Notes: generated from the letters alone by a model not told the origin. Positions 8,977 through 19,281 are shown, counted from the first letter of the stretch. The stretch: DNA of 64,000 nucleotides from an uncultured delta proteobacterium (GCA_963735595.1 CAVTLK010000001.1:960001-1024000); one strand, 5' to 3'. A program made the numbers and translations.

Positions 8977-9801
8977 TCAGTTAGTCCGCTTTTTCGCTTG
9001 CCTGTTCGGGTTCGTCCGCGCACACGGGACGGCCGTCTGGCACTTGCCGCACCCGCCGGCATAGATGTTGCCGTACTTCTGCGGGTATTCGGTAAGTATC
9101 TTTTCCGCGATGAAGTTCATACAGGTGATGTGGTCCTTCTTCTCGGCGGTGACGGCGCCGGCGGGGCACCGGCCGATGCAGTCTCCGCAGGTCCCATCGG
9201 CGTCGTAGATACAGTTTTCCATGAGCGAGGCGGCCGTCCGCGGCGTGTGCGAAAGCGGAAGGTCGCTGATAACCGAGCCGAAGCGCCCGGCGCAGCCCTT
9301 TTCGGTGATGAACGAATAGGAGAGGCAGAAAGTCCCCAATCCGGCGATATAGGCGGTGTGCCGCTCCGACCAGTTGCTGGTGGTGGGCAGCATCACGAAC
9401 CGGTCGGTGCGCGGGGGCGCCACCGCCCGGTGCCCGGCCTGCGTGATTGCGCCGGCCACGTGATCGCGCAGCGCGTTGTTAAATTCTTCGCCCCAGAAAC
9501 GCGCGAGGTACCATTCCTTTGACGGCATCCCCTCGACGCGGTTGCTTTCGACGATCTCCTTGCTGAACGGGAGAAAGTAGGAGACGACGCTACGCGCCCC
9601 CGGCAGCCACTCGTCGGGAGACTGGTGGTGCGGCCCGATAATCCCTTCCTTCTTGAGTTGGCCGTACATCGGGTCTCCGGCCGCCGCGAAGGCCACCAGC
9701 GGCTCCTCGTATATCCGAAGACCAGGGATCGCCGGGATGGCGTTCCTCGAATCGGCTGCCACAAACGCCGTAATCAATTCGCGAATCCGGCTATTGTCCA
9801 T
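8977..9801 (-). CDS. Epoxyqueuosine reductase (QueG)-like Fe-S protein, paralog 2
   Basis: WSERHTAYIAGLG, GCAGRFGS, CGDCIGRCP, CGKCQTAVPC. Confidence 0.78.
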   Translation of the reverse strand: MDNSRIRELITAFVAADSRNAIPAIPGLRIYEEPLVAFAAAGDPMYGQLKKEGIIGPHHQSPDEWLPGARSVVSYFLPFSKEIVESNRVEGMPSKEWYLARFWGEEFNNALRDHVAGAITQAGHRAVAPPRTDRFVMLPTTSNWSERHTAYIAGLGTFCLSYSFITEKGCAGRFGSVISDLPLSHTPRTAASLMENCIYDADGTCGDCIGRCPAGAVTAEKKDHITCMNFIAEKILTEYPQKYGNIYAGGCGKCQTAVPCARTNPNRQAKKRTN

Positions 9802-9813
9802 GCGACTGTAACC

Positions 9814-10627
9814 TCACTTCTTTTTTCTGGGATTTAGGCGCGCGCACGGAACCGCCGTCTGGCACTTGCCGCAGCAGAGGGATCGTATCCCTCCGTATTT
9901 CTCCCGGTACAGGGGGACTACCCGCTCCCGCAGGAAGCTCAGGCAGGCGGCGTGGTCTTTTTTTTTCGGCGGTAATCGCGTTGACGGGGCAGCGGGTGAT
10001 ACAGACCCCGCAGCCGCCGTCGCCTTCGCCCAGGCAGTTTGCGCGAAGCGACAGGATCGTTCGCGGAGACGGCGGCAGGTCGAGGTCGGTGACGACCGAG
10101 CCGAACCGGCCGGCGCACCCCTTCTCGGTGATGAACGAATAGGAAAGGCCGAAGCTGCCCATCCCCGCGATATAGGCGGTGTGGCGCTCCGACCAGTTGC
10201 TGGTTCCGGGCTGCATGAGGAACCGGCCGTCCCGCATCGGGGCGACCGCCGCATGCCCTTCCCCTTTGATCTCATTTGCCACGTGGTCCCGAAGGGCATT
10301 GTTGAAGGTCTCGCCCCAGTGATAAGCGAGATACCACTCCCCCGAGGGCGGGCCCTCGGGCCGGTTGCTCTCCACGATGCGGTCGGTAAAGGGGAGAAAC
10401 CAGGCCACGACGCTTCGGGCGCCGGAAAGCCATTCGTCAGGTCCCCTATGGTAGGGCCCGATCACGCCGCTTTGGGAGAGCGCCGCGTACAGCCGGTCGT
10501 CTGCGGCGGCAAAGGCAACCAGCGGCTCCCTGAAGATCGGGAGGCCCGGGCTCTCAGGAATGGCATTGCCGTGATCGCCGGCCACGAACGCCCTGATAAG
10601 GTCAACAATCCGATCGCGTGTAATCAT
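9814..10627 (-). CDS. QueG-like Fe-S protein, paralog 1, with a +1 frameshift in a 9-nt homopolymer (9958-9966)
   Basis: Colinear with 8977..9801; removing one base restores AEKKDH...CGKCQTAVPC. Confidence 0.75.
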
Positions 10628-10651
10628 CTCGCTTCCGGCCGTCGGCTGTTC

Positions 10652-11098
10652 TTACTTGGTCTCCTTGGTGACGATCAGGTTTTCCAATCCAAGCTCCTTG
10701 AGGATAACCGGGAACATCCCGAACGCGGGGCGCACCACGGGCAGCAGCTTCATCATGGCCGTTATCTTGCCGCCCTGCTTGACCTTACCGCGCGTGACGG
10801 CGGCCACCGGGTTTTCGAGGCCGTGCCAGAAGCTGTGCGAGAAATCGGCGGCCTGCTTGGACCAGACGTCTTCCTTCAGCTCGCAGGGGCCCAGGTAGTA
10901 GTTGCCGTGCATGCCTTCTTTTTTCGGCGGGTTCTTCAGGTCGATGGTGATCTCGGAATCGGGGTCGGTGTATATGAACCTGATGATGATGCCGGCCTTG
11001 CTCATCTTCGGCCCGATCTTGGGGTCGGTGAGGATTCGATTCATAAAGTAGCCGTAGATCTTGTAGAGGTCGTCGGCGTCTTTATAGTACTTTCCCAT
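10652..11098 (-). CDS. SCP2 (sterol/lipid carrier)-like protein
   Basis: FWHGLENPVAAVTRGKVKQGGKITAMMKL resembles the SCP2 C-terminal pattern; GGAGG RBS. Confidence 0.65.
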   Translation of the reverse strand: MGKYYKDADDLYKIYGYFMNRILTDPKIGPKMSKAGIIIRFIYTDPDSEITIDLKNPPKKEGMHGNYYLGPCELKEDVWSKQAADFSHSFWHGLENPVAAVTRGKVKQGGKITAMMKLLPVVRPAFGMFPVILKELGLENLIVTKETK

Positions 11099-11235
11099 GG
11101 GAGGCCTCCTTGATATTACGTTGTATCATAGTGGCCGGTATGCACCGGCGACCCAGCAAGCGGGCGGCATGAATTCCGCCCGTACGGGCCCTCATATAGC
11201 TATGCTTGAACCACCATACTGCCGGCGAACACGCT

Positions 11236-12402
11236 CTACTTGCCCTTCCGCTGGTCGAATCTCCTGCCGAACAGCAGGCTTGCCATCGTGATCCTGAGCA
11301 TCTGCACGGTGCCGCCTGCCACCCGCCAGGCCATTGCGTCACGCGCCATTCGCTCCACGGGGAATTCCGTCGAATAGCCGTACCCGCCGAATATCTGCAT
11401 CGCGGAGACCGCCACCTCAACGGCCATCTCGTTGGCGAAGCACTTGCCCATCGCCGCCTCATAGACCGAGGGAAAGCCCCTGCCCGCCCCGCACGCCGCG
11501 CGGTAAACCAACAGCCGCGCCGCGTCCAGCTTCATTGCCATATCGACGATTTTGAACTGGACGTCCTGGAACTCGCAGATAGGCCGCCCGAAGGCGCTGC
11601 GCTCCTGGGCGTATGCCTTGGCCGCCTCCAGCGCACCCCCCGCGGTGCCCAGGCACATGGCGGCGTTTCCGCACCGCTCCACGTCAAACGTCGACATGAG
11701 GTTGACGAACTCCCCCTCTTTGACGACGAGGTTCTCCTTGGGGACCTTGACGTCCTCGAAGATCAGGTCGCAGGACGGCATGGCCCGTAGCCCCATGAAG
11801 ACCTCCTGCTTCCCGAAGGAAAACCCGGGCATCCCGTTTTCCACCAGCAGCCCGCCGATCCCCTTATAGCCCGGGGTATCGCCGAGCCGGCAGTAGACCA
11901 TGTAGTGGCTGGCGTGCCCGCCGCCGGTGATAAACGTCTTCGTGCCGTTGAGCAGGTAGTGGTCGCCCTTGTCCACGGCCTTGGTGGTCAGCGCCGTCAG
12001 GTCGGAGCCGGCCTCCGGCTCCGTCATGCAGACGGAGACCGAACGCTCTCCCTTGCAGACTTTGGGGATGATCTCCTTTTTCTGCTTTTCCGACCCGTAC
12101 CGGTCGATGACCCGGACGGGGCCGACATTCGATTCAAAGACCGGCGCGGCGATCATCGGCGAGAACTTGGCCAGCTCCTCGACGGCCAGCACCGCGTTGA
12201 GGACGGGCTGCCCCCCGCCGCCGTTCTCCTCCGAAAGCGTCATGCCCAATAAACCCAGCTCGGCGTACTTGGCCATGAGGTGGTAGGGAAACTCCCCGGT
12301 AGCATCGATTTTTTTCGCCAGTTCCTTGAAGTTCTCCCGCTCCCCCATCGTCCTGAGCGTCTCGACGAGCATCTTTTGTTCGTCGGTAAGATTGAAATCC
12401 AT
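11236..12402 (-). CDS. Acyl-CoA dehydrogenase
   Basis: MTEPEAGSD, LNGTKTFIT, RSAFGRPICEFQ, QIFGGYGY; the usual C-terminal catalytic Glu position reads VAGGT. Confidence 0.93.
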   Translation of the reverse strand: MDFNLTDEQKMLVETLRTMGERENFKELAKKIDATGEFPYHLMAKYAELGLLGMTLSEENGGGGQPVLNAVLAVEELAKFSPMIAAPVFESNVGPVRVIDRYGSEKQKKEIIPKVCKGERSVSVCMTEPEAGSDLTALTTKAVDKGDHYLLNGTKTFITGGGHASHYMVYCRLGDTPGYKGIGGLLVENGMPGFSFGKQEVFMGLRAMPSCDLIFEDVKVPKENLVVKEGEFVNLMSTFDVERCGNAAMCLGTAGGALEAAKAYAQERSAFGRPICEFQDVQFKIVDMAMKLDAARLLVYRAACGAGRGFPSVYEAAMGKCFANEMAVEVAVSAMQIFGGYGYSTEFPVERMARDAMAWRVAGGTVQMLRITMASLLFGRRFDQRKGK

Positions 12403-12415
12403 GTTCCGTCCTTTC

Positions 12416-13790
12416 TCAAATATTTTTGGTGATCTGTGTGATATCCGTGACCGTTTCGAGCTTGAGTATTCCGTCGATAAGGGCGTTGAGCTTTTTCACG
12501 TCCCGCTTTCCGGCAAACAGGCGCACCTTTTTTGCCACGGCATCGCTTGTCATGGGGTCGCGCGGGTCGCCCGCGGGCATATCGACCTGCCTGGTGATCT
12601 TTTCGCCGGTCTTCAGGGTAATCTCGACGCGGCTGGCGGTCTTGCCGGGATAGAGCTTATTGAGCTCATCGTCGTAGTTGACCGTGACTTTTTTCGTAAA
12701 CTCGATCAGCGCCGGGTCCGAGAGCCGCTTTTCGGTAAGCTGGACCGGGCCGACCATGCCGTCGGCGATCGCGACCGACACGACGTACGGGATGGAGAAC
12801 TGGGCGTTGACGAAACTATCGTTGAGGACCACCGGTTTCCCGACAGCCAGTACCGCGATCCCGTAGGTGAAGACGTCGACCTTCTCCACGTCCTTCGGGC
12901 CGATTTTCTTTTCGGCCACGAGTTCGATCGTCGCCTGGGCCGACCCGTGCGTGTGCCGGCAGGCGGTATAGGGCTTGAAGTAGATATCGAGGATCGTGAG
13001 GCGTTCTCCCAGTTTGTCGGTGATCCGCTCGAACGCCGGGGGTTGGTCGGTGGTGATCTTGCAGAAACCGCCGTTAAGCTTGGAGCCCTCAAAGACGTTG
13101 GGCATCCCCGTGACGCCGGCGGCGGCCAATTCGGCCGCCAGGAGCCCGCTCTGCGCGGCCTTGCCACCCTGCACGACCTTGACCGTAAAGCCTCCCATGA
13201 GCTGCTCGGCCATGGACAGCGGAACCAGGTAGCCGGCGCAGCCCAGCGCCGAAAGCGTCGTCGCCTTATCCAGCCCCATGAGCTTTGCGGCCGCTATCGC
13301 CGCGCCGAAGGTGCCGGTAGTGCCGGTTGGCAGGAATCCCGAGAGTGTGTGCCGGGGATGGACGGATGCCGCCGCCCGGTCGGCCGCTTCGTAACCCGCG
13401 ACGACGGCAGCGATAACGTCCTTGCCGCCTTTTCCGTTTCTCTCGGCCAGCGCCAGGGCCGTCGGGATCACCGCGGTGCCGGGGTGGTTTCCGCCGAAGC
13501 GCAGGCCGTCCTGCGCCTCTATAGCCTCGGCCGTCACGCCGTTGAGAAACACGGCCTCGAGAATGGGCGCCGAAAACCCGCACCCGAGGCAGGTGACGGG
13601 TCCGCCTGCCGCCGAGCGACTTGACCGTCGAGACGATGCGGGCGACCGCGTCAAGCTCCAGCGATCCGTAGACATTGGCGACGTAGTCCAGGATGCAGAG
13701 CTTGGCCTTTTCAATAACGTCGGCGGACAGCATATCATAGGTGAGATCGTGACAGAAATCAGAGAGTATCTTTGAATAGTCCATAATCAT
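12416..13790 (-). CDS. MmgE/PrpD family protein (+1 frameshift near 13605)
   Basis: N-terminus in ORF 13266..13790, remainder in 12416..13738; NHPG, FKPYTACRHTH, AQFSIPY, GDPRDPM. Confidence 0.85.
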
Positions 13791-13833
13791 TCCCCGTGAT
13801 TACTTCTATGAAAACGGAGTCTTCCTCGGACGT

Positions 13834-14634
13834 CTATACGTATCCCCGCTTCTCGTATATCTTTATCATCCGGTGGGGGTCGAGGATCTCCCGCATGACC
13901 CTGAGCTCCTCGGCCCGCGGCGGCTCGGTCTCGAAGACGTCGGGGGAGACCTTCAGGTCCCAGGGGGTGCTCTTCCTTATCTCCTCAACGGAGCTTCCCG
14001 GATGATACGAGGCAAGGTAGGCCTCCTTGGTCTTGTCGTCGAACCGCATGACCGCCTTGTTGGTGATGAGCGCCGTGGGGCCGGTGCCGGGGGGAAGACC
14101 CCATTTTTCCCTGGCCCCCGGGCCGTCGATGTAGCCGGGTGTCGTGATGAAATCGACCCGTTCGGAGAGCCTCCTGGTATCGTGGAGGGCAATGATGAGG
14201 ACCCGCTTGACGAGGGACCCTATCGGGTTTGCCCCGCCGCTGCCGGGCAGACGGTTCTTGGGGGCGGCGTAGTCGCCGATAACGGTGGTGTTGACGTTTC
14301 CGTACTTATCCACCTGGGAGCCCGCCAGGAATCCCACGTCCACCCAGCCCTTCTGGAGGAACATCCCCATGATATCGACGAGCCCGCCCACAAACGCGGC
14401 GCCGGGGTTGAGGCACGGATCGCCCACCGAGAGGGCTGGCCGGCGCGGCCGGGCGTCGTAAACGCCGGATTCCTGCATCATCACGGCGTTCGGCGCGTGG
14501 GTGTGCTTGGCGATATTGGCCGACATCGTCGGGAAGCCGGTCCCGACGATGACGACGTCGCTGTCGGCAATCTCCCGTGCTCCGCAGCAGGCCATCAATT
14601 CGGGCTTGATGTAGTCGTTGGGATGCGATGACAT
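13834..14634 (-). CDS. gctB: CoA transferase beta subunit, glutaconate CoA-transferase (GctB) type
   Basis: VGTGFP, QESG (catalytic Glu position), QVDKYGNVNTT, RLPGSGGA, VDFITTPG. Confidence 0.85.
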   Translation of the reverse strand: MSSHPNDYIKPELMACCGAREIADSDVVIVGTGFPTMSANIAKHTHAPNAVMMQESGVYDARPRRPALSVGDPCLNPGAAFVGGLVDIMGMFLQKGWVDVGFLAGSQVDKYGNVNTTVIGDYAAPKNRLPGSGGANPIGSLVKRVLIIALHDTRRLSERVDFITTPGYIDGPGAREKWGLPPGTGPTALITNKAVMRFDDKTKEAYLASYHPGSSVEEIRKSTPWDLKVSPDVFETEPPRAEELRVMREILDPHRMIKIYEKRGYV

Positions 14635-14691
14635 AGGAATAGACCCCGCGAGAAATAATCAGATTTCCGCCGGTGCGGCGGCAGTAACGAC

Positions 14692-15627
14692 CTAATATTC
14701 GTAGCTTACCGGGTAGCTGAAGCCGAAGCGCGCCTGGAGCCGGCGGAATGCCTCCCAGCCGAACTTCTTGATGTAATGGTCTATATAGTCGGCCCGGTCC
14801 TTGGTCCCGTATACCCATTCGTCGAGGAATTCCTTGAACCCCTGCTCGGTGTCGGACGCCTTCTGGTAGAGCGAGCCGAAGACGAAATCGACGTCGTAAA
14901 AACCGGGTGTGTAGCCCGGATGGGACCCGTACGGCTCCTCCACCACGGCCGATACCTTGAAATCGGGAACGATCGTGCGCGAGGGGTCAAGGCCGATCAC
15001 CTCCCGGGAGACGATCCGCTCCGCGGAGACGATGACCTTCTTGCTGGCGTTGGCGCCCCACTGGCAGTCCCCGCCGATCCCCCATATCTGGGCGTTCCCG
15101 TTTTCGTCGGACTGCTGCACGTGGATGATGGCTACGTCGGGGGTGAGCGCCGGCACCAGCAGAACGGGGCTCTTGTCGAAGGGGCTCTCGATCATCTTGT
15201 ATTTGTTATCCCCCATGAACCCCTTCACGTTCATGAGGTCGGTGCCCACCATGTCCTTAACCGGCACAAACGGCATGCCCATGGCGCCGGACATGAGCAT
15301 CAGCGGCAGTGAGAGATTGGAGTATTCTTCCAGCTCGATCTTGTGGGGGATTGACTTCTCGATTGACCTGCGGTAGCAGCGCCCCAGCCCGTAGACCCCC
15401 AGAGACAGGAACGTCGCGATGAACCGTTTCACGCAGCCGGCCCCGATCAGCATATCAAAATCGTCGGCGGCGTTGCTCCGGGTGATGGTGAGGTCCTTTT
15501 TACCCTGGCGGATGATCTCGTGGACGGCCGAAAAGGGGGTGCGGCAGATATAGCCGCCGATATAGACAAAATCGCCGTCGGTCACGTGGGCGGCGATTGC
15601 CTCTTTCATGGTGGTGAGTTTACTCAT
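14692..15627 (-). CDS. gctA: CoA transferase alpha subunit, GctA type
   Basis: HEIIRQG, GAMGMPFVP, PDVAIIHVQ..DENGN, PYGSHP. Confidence 0.85.
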   Translation of the reverse strand: MSKLTTMKEAIAAHVTDGDFVYIGGYICRTPFSAVHEIIRQGKKDLTITRSNAADDFDMLIGAGCVKRFIATFLSLGVYGLGRCYRRSIEKSIPHKIELEEYSNLSLPLMLMSGAMGMPFVPVKDMVGTDLMNVKGFMGDNKYKMIESPFDKSPVLLVPALTPDVAIIHVQQSDENGNAQIWGIGGDCQWGANASKKVIVSAERIVSREVIGLDPSRTIVPDFKVSAVVEEPYGSHPGYTPGFYDVDFVFGSLYQKASDTEQGFKEFLDEWVYGTKDRADYIDHYIKKFGWEAFRRLQARFGFSYPVSYEY

Positions 15628-15664
15628 GTGCTACCCAAGAGAAAGGTGTGCTATTCTCAATAAA

Positions 15665-15863
15665 GGCGTCCCCGAAGGGGCCGCCTTCCGGATTGCCGCG
15701 TCATCATCACCCCGCGAAGCAGGCTTCGCTCACGACCCCGATAGGAGAGGCGGTCTCCTCGCAATGACGACCTTTAATCGCGGCCCTTTGGGCCGCACCG
15801 AGATTGCCGCGTCGCTTCGCTCCTCGCAATGACGACCTTTTATCCGCGGCCCTGACGGGCCGC
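15665..15863. repeat. Mosaic of REP-like palindromic units
   Basis: Two copies of GATTGCCGCGTC...CTCCTCGCAATGACGACCTTT (15691-15775, 15802-15840) alternating with three GC-rich hairpins (15665-15685, 15780-15796, 15846-15863). Confidence 0.75.
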
Positions 15864-15869
15864 CTTCTT

Positions 15870-18251
15870 CTAGATTTCGTACATGGTCCGGCAGATGATC
15901 TCGTCCTGAGCCGTATCCGAAAGCCCCGTAAAGAGGACCGAATAGCCGCTGATCCTGACCACGAGGTCTTTATGCTTTTCCGGCTCCTTCTGTGCCGCCT
16001 TCAGGACATCGGTGTCGACCATGTTGAACTGCACCTGCATGCCCCCCTTGTCGAAGTAGGTCTTGATGAAGGCAAGCAGGTTCTCCGGCCTGATCGACTT
16101 TCCGGGGAAGCGCAGGTTGAGGTTTGCCCCGTTGTGGAGCCTGGCCAGGGGGAGCTTGACCACGGAGTTTGCCACGGCGGTGGGCCCGTTCATGGCGTTG
16201 CCGGTGGTCGGCGTCAGCCCGTTGCCCAGGATATCGCCGGAGCTGCGGCCGTCGGGTGTCGCGGCGGTAAACGATCCCATCGCCAGGTGGAACCCGACCG
16301 AGAATATCCCCGGCCAGAACGAGCCGCCGCGGTAATTCTTGTGTTTTCCCAGCTCGTCGCAGAAGCTGTCGACGACCCACGCGGCCATCGCGTCCACCTC
16401 GTCGACGTCGTTGCCGTATTTGGGGATCTTCGTCAGGAAATAGGTCCGCTTGTCCTCGGCGTCCGTCCAGTCGTCGGAGAGATGCCCGACAAGCTCTCCG
16501 ATCGTCATGACCTTATCCTCGAAGACCGCCTTCTTGACGCCATACAGGCTGTCGGCGACGTTGGCAAAACCCATCTGCTGGACGCCGGTGGAGTTATAGA
16601 CGGCGCCGCCGGCCGTGGCGTCCTTTCCCTTTTCGAGGCATCCGCCGATCAGCGCCGAGGCGAAGGGAGAAGGAACGAGCTCGGCGACGGCCTGATCCAT
16701 GCACGCCATCCCCCGGACAACCTGTTTGATGAAGTGAGACTGCTGGGCGGCGTAGGCCTTCTTGACGTCCTCGAAAGACGTAAATTCCGCCGGGTCGCCC
16801 GTTTCGAGGCCCGACTGATAGCCAAAGGTGTTGTCGATCCCGTTGGAGAGCGCCAGTTCCATGCACTTGATCCCGTTGAACTGAACCGCGAAGGTGGAGC
16901 CGTAGGTCTTGCCCTGGGCGTTGGGCTCCAGGCAGCCCACCGGCCCGTAGTCACGGGCATCGGCGATCGTGTGGCCGCCGGCCGTCAGGGCTTTAACGAC
17001 TGCCTCGTCGTTGAAGAAGTGCATCAGGACCCCTTCCTTGGCGTAGCCGACCGCCCGCATGAAGAAGTCGCGGGGCGTCTTTTCGGAGATCCTGACCCCG
17101 AAGTTGGGCTGGACCGTCCTGATATCGGCGTAGGCATCCAGGCCGATATAGGTCATCTCCGTGACGGCGTCGTTGCCCTTCTCGTCGATCCCTCCGACGA
17201 CGACGTTCTGGGTCGTCTTCCCCTCGGTACCCTCGCCGCCGGGGATAAACGTTTCTTCAAGGACATTCCATATTTCGCACATCTTGAGGAACATGAGCGA
17301 CAGGAGCTCCTTGGCTCCGTCATAGGTGATCCTTCCCTCCTTCTTGTCTGCCTCATAGTAGGGAGAGAGGATCCGGTCGATGCGCCCCAATGAAATCGAG
17401 TTTCCGCCCGACTCGATCTGGGAGATCAGGTGAACGAAATAGACCGATTGGACGGCCTCACGGTAGCTCCGGGCGGGGTGCTCGGGGACGCGGGCGCAGA
17501 CCCGGGCGATCTCGGCAAGCTCCGCCTTGCGGGCCGGGTCTTTTTCACTTTCGGCCAGGCGGGATGCCTCCAGAGCGTAGCGGTTGGCAAACCTGATCGC
17601 GGCCTCGAGCGACCGGATAACGGCTTCGTAAAAAAGCCCCGCATCGCCCTTCTTCGGGGCGGCGGGTAAGGCCGCGAGTTTCCCCTGGGCCTCCTTGATA
17701 ATCCCTCTGAGGCCGACCTTCAGCAGCTTTTCGTGATCCATCGTAAAATGGCCGACGCCGTAGGTGATCTCCAGCATCATCGTGAAGATATATTTATCCA
17801 TGTCGTCGGTGACGTCTGCAGGAAGCAGCTCGGTGAGGCGCTCTTCCACCGTCTTGCCCCGCCAGAAGGGGAGGATCTCATCGGTGAGTTCCTTTTGTTC
17901 GGCCTCGGTAATGAGCGCCCGCTGGATAACCCGCTGATTAAAGCCTTCGAGGTCCCCCTCGATCCACTGGGACTTATTCTCGGGGAAGAGCGGCGCACCC
18001 TTTTTCTTCTCCGTCCGTGACCCGACGATCAGCTCATCGTCCCGGATGACCACGCTGATGTTATCGAGGATTTCCGCCAGCGCAAGGCTTATCCTTGTCA
18101 GGGAGGGCTCGGCCCAGTGTTTCTTCATGGATGCCGTAAGGTAGCGCGCCCTTTGGACGCTTACCTCCTGCGGGGCATTGACGATCGCTTCCCTCAGTTT
18201 CCAGACCCGGGAAGTCGGGGCTTTTTGCGCGTTGGTCTCTTGGGATAACAT
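15870..18251 (-). CDS. Glycyl radical enzyme (PFL-fold), substrate unassigned
   Basis: Glycyl loop LVVRISGYS, single-Cys loop VGCLEP, SLGRID, QNVVVGG, PKYGND, ATPDGR; start placed at ATG 18251 behind AAGGAGG (793 aa). Confidence 0.92.
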   Translation of the reverse strand: MLSQETNAQKAPTSRVWKLREAIVNAPQEVSVQRARYLTASMKKHWAEPSLTRISLALAEILDNISVVIRDDELIVGSRTEKKKGAPLFPENKSQWIEGDLEGFNQRVIQRALITEAEQKELTDEILPFWRGKTVEERLTELLPADVTDDMDKYIFTMMLEITYGVGHFTMDHEKLLKVGLRGIIKEAQGKLAALPAAPKKGDAGLFYEAVIRSLEAAIRFANRYALEASRLAESEKDPARKAELAEIARVCARVPEHPARSYREAVQSVYFVHLISQIESGGNSISLGRIDRILSPYYEADKKEGRITYDGAKELLSLMFLKMCEIWNVLEETFIPGGEGTEGKTTQNVVVGGIDEKGNDAVTEMTYIGLDAYADIRTVQPNFGVRISEKTPRDFFMRAVGYAKEGVLMHFFNDEAVVKALTAGGHTIADARDYGPVGCLEPNAQGKTYGSTFAVQFNGIKCMELALSNGIDNTFGYQSGLETGDPAEFTSFEDVKKAYAAQQSHFIKQVVRGMACMDQAVAELVPSPFASALIGGCLEKGKDATAGGAVYNSTGVQQMGFANVADSLYGVKKAVFEDKVMTIGELVGHLSDDWTDAEDKRTYFLTKIPKYGNDVDEVDAMAAWVVDSFCDELGKHKNYRGGSFWPGIFSVGFHLAMGSFTAATPDGRSSGDILGNGLTPTTGNAMNGPTAVANSVVKLPLARLHNGANLNLRFPGKSIRPENLLAFIKTYFDKGGMQVQFNMVDTDVLKAAQKEPEKHKDLVVRISGYSVLFTGLSDTAQDEIICRTMYEI

Positions 18252-18345
18252 AGCGGCCTCCTTAGCTGCTTGCGTTTGCTCCCTCATCAAAGATGAGTGT
18301 TATACTATACAATTATCCCACCTGTTTGAGTAACTGGCAACTGTT

Positions 18346-19176
18346 TTATACCTTGATCTTCATGTAACCTACCAGTATAGAATCCTTGATGCGCTTCGGC
18401 AGGAATCGGTTCAGCTTCATCAGGAACGAGTCGGCGAACAGGAGCTGGTTGTAGAACTTGGGCCGATCTTTCTTGAGGATATTCACGATGGTACGGGCGG
18501 CCGCCTCCGGCGTAGGGGCTGACTTGATGAGCTCGTTGTCCCGATCGATGAACCGCTTGACTCGATCGCGATAGGGCGATTTTTCCGGGGGGAGTTTGTG
18601 GATCTTGGCGGCGAACGTGGTGGAAACCTGGGCCGGCTCGATGATGGCGACCCTGATGCCGAAGGGTTTGACCTCGTATTCCATCGACTCGATGAACCCC
18701 GTAATGGCGAACTTGGAGGCCGTGTAGATCGACTCGAACGGAAACGGTATGCGGCCGACGAGCGACGACATGGCGATGAGCTTGCCGCCACCGGCCTTTC
18801 TCATCGACGGGATGAAGGCCTGGAAGATGGCCATCGCCCCGATGACGTTGATCTCGAGGCACTTGAGTGCCTTTTCGAGGTCGATCTCCTCAAAGGGACC
18901 GAAGAAGCCGATCCCGACGTTGGAGAGCACCGTATCGACCGTCCCGTATTTCTTGAGGACGTCGTCCCGGAACTTCAGGATGCCCTTTCGGTTGGTGACG
19001 TCCAGCGCGATCAGGTGGTGATCCCCGCCGCCTGCTTTGAGTTCCTTCTTGAGCGATTCGATGGCGGTTGCGTTCATGTCAAACCCGGCGACGGAATATC
19101 CGTCGGCCGCCATGATCTTGGCAACTTGCCTGCCCATTCCTTCCCCGAGGCCGGTGATGACGATCGTCTTTTTCAT
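18346..19176 (-). CDS. Short-chain dehydrogenase/reductase
   Basis: TGLGEGMG, NVGIG, SS, YTASK. Confidence 0.88.
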   Translation of the reverse strand: MKKTIVITGLGEGMGRQVAKIMAADGYSVAGFDMNATAIESLKKELKAGGGDHHLIALDVTNRKGILKFRDDVLKKYGTVDTVLSNVGIGFFGPFEEIDLEKALKCLEINVIGAMAIFQAFIPSMRKAGGGKLIAMSSLVGRIPFPFESIYTASKFAITGFIESMEYEVKPFGIRVAIIEPAQVSTTFAAKIHKLPPEKSPYRDRVKRFIDRDNELIKSAPTPEAAARTIVNILKKDRPKFYNQLLFADSFLMKLNRFLPKRIKDSILVGYMKIKV

Positions 19177-19281
19177 AATAGCTCCATTATTATATACGGT
19201 TTATTACACTCAGCTCCAAATCCCGTTCCTATGTCGCGCCGCGGCGGTCGGATAATAGATCACCCGCGGCACTATACGCCG

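Noticed and set aside
9958..9966. Phase variation or programmed frameshift at the 9-nt homopolymer
   Set aside because: Cannot be separated from the many other +1 errors in this window; assembly error is the simpler explanation.
15804..17393. 529-aa plus-strand ORF and other long antisense ORFs (9866..11113, 12326..13624, 39806..41200)
   Set aside because: Shadow ORFs opposite well-supported genes in GC-rich DNA, with no recognisable motifs.
15870..18251. Calling the GRE pyruvate formate-lyase (pflB), CutC or HypD
   Set aside because: No Cys-Cys pair as in PFL, and neither motif nor gene context supports a specific assignment.
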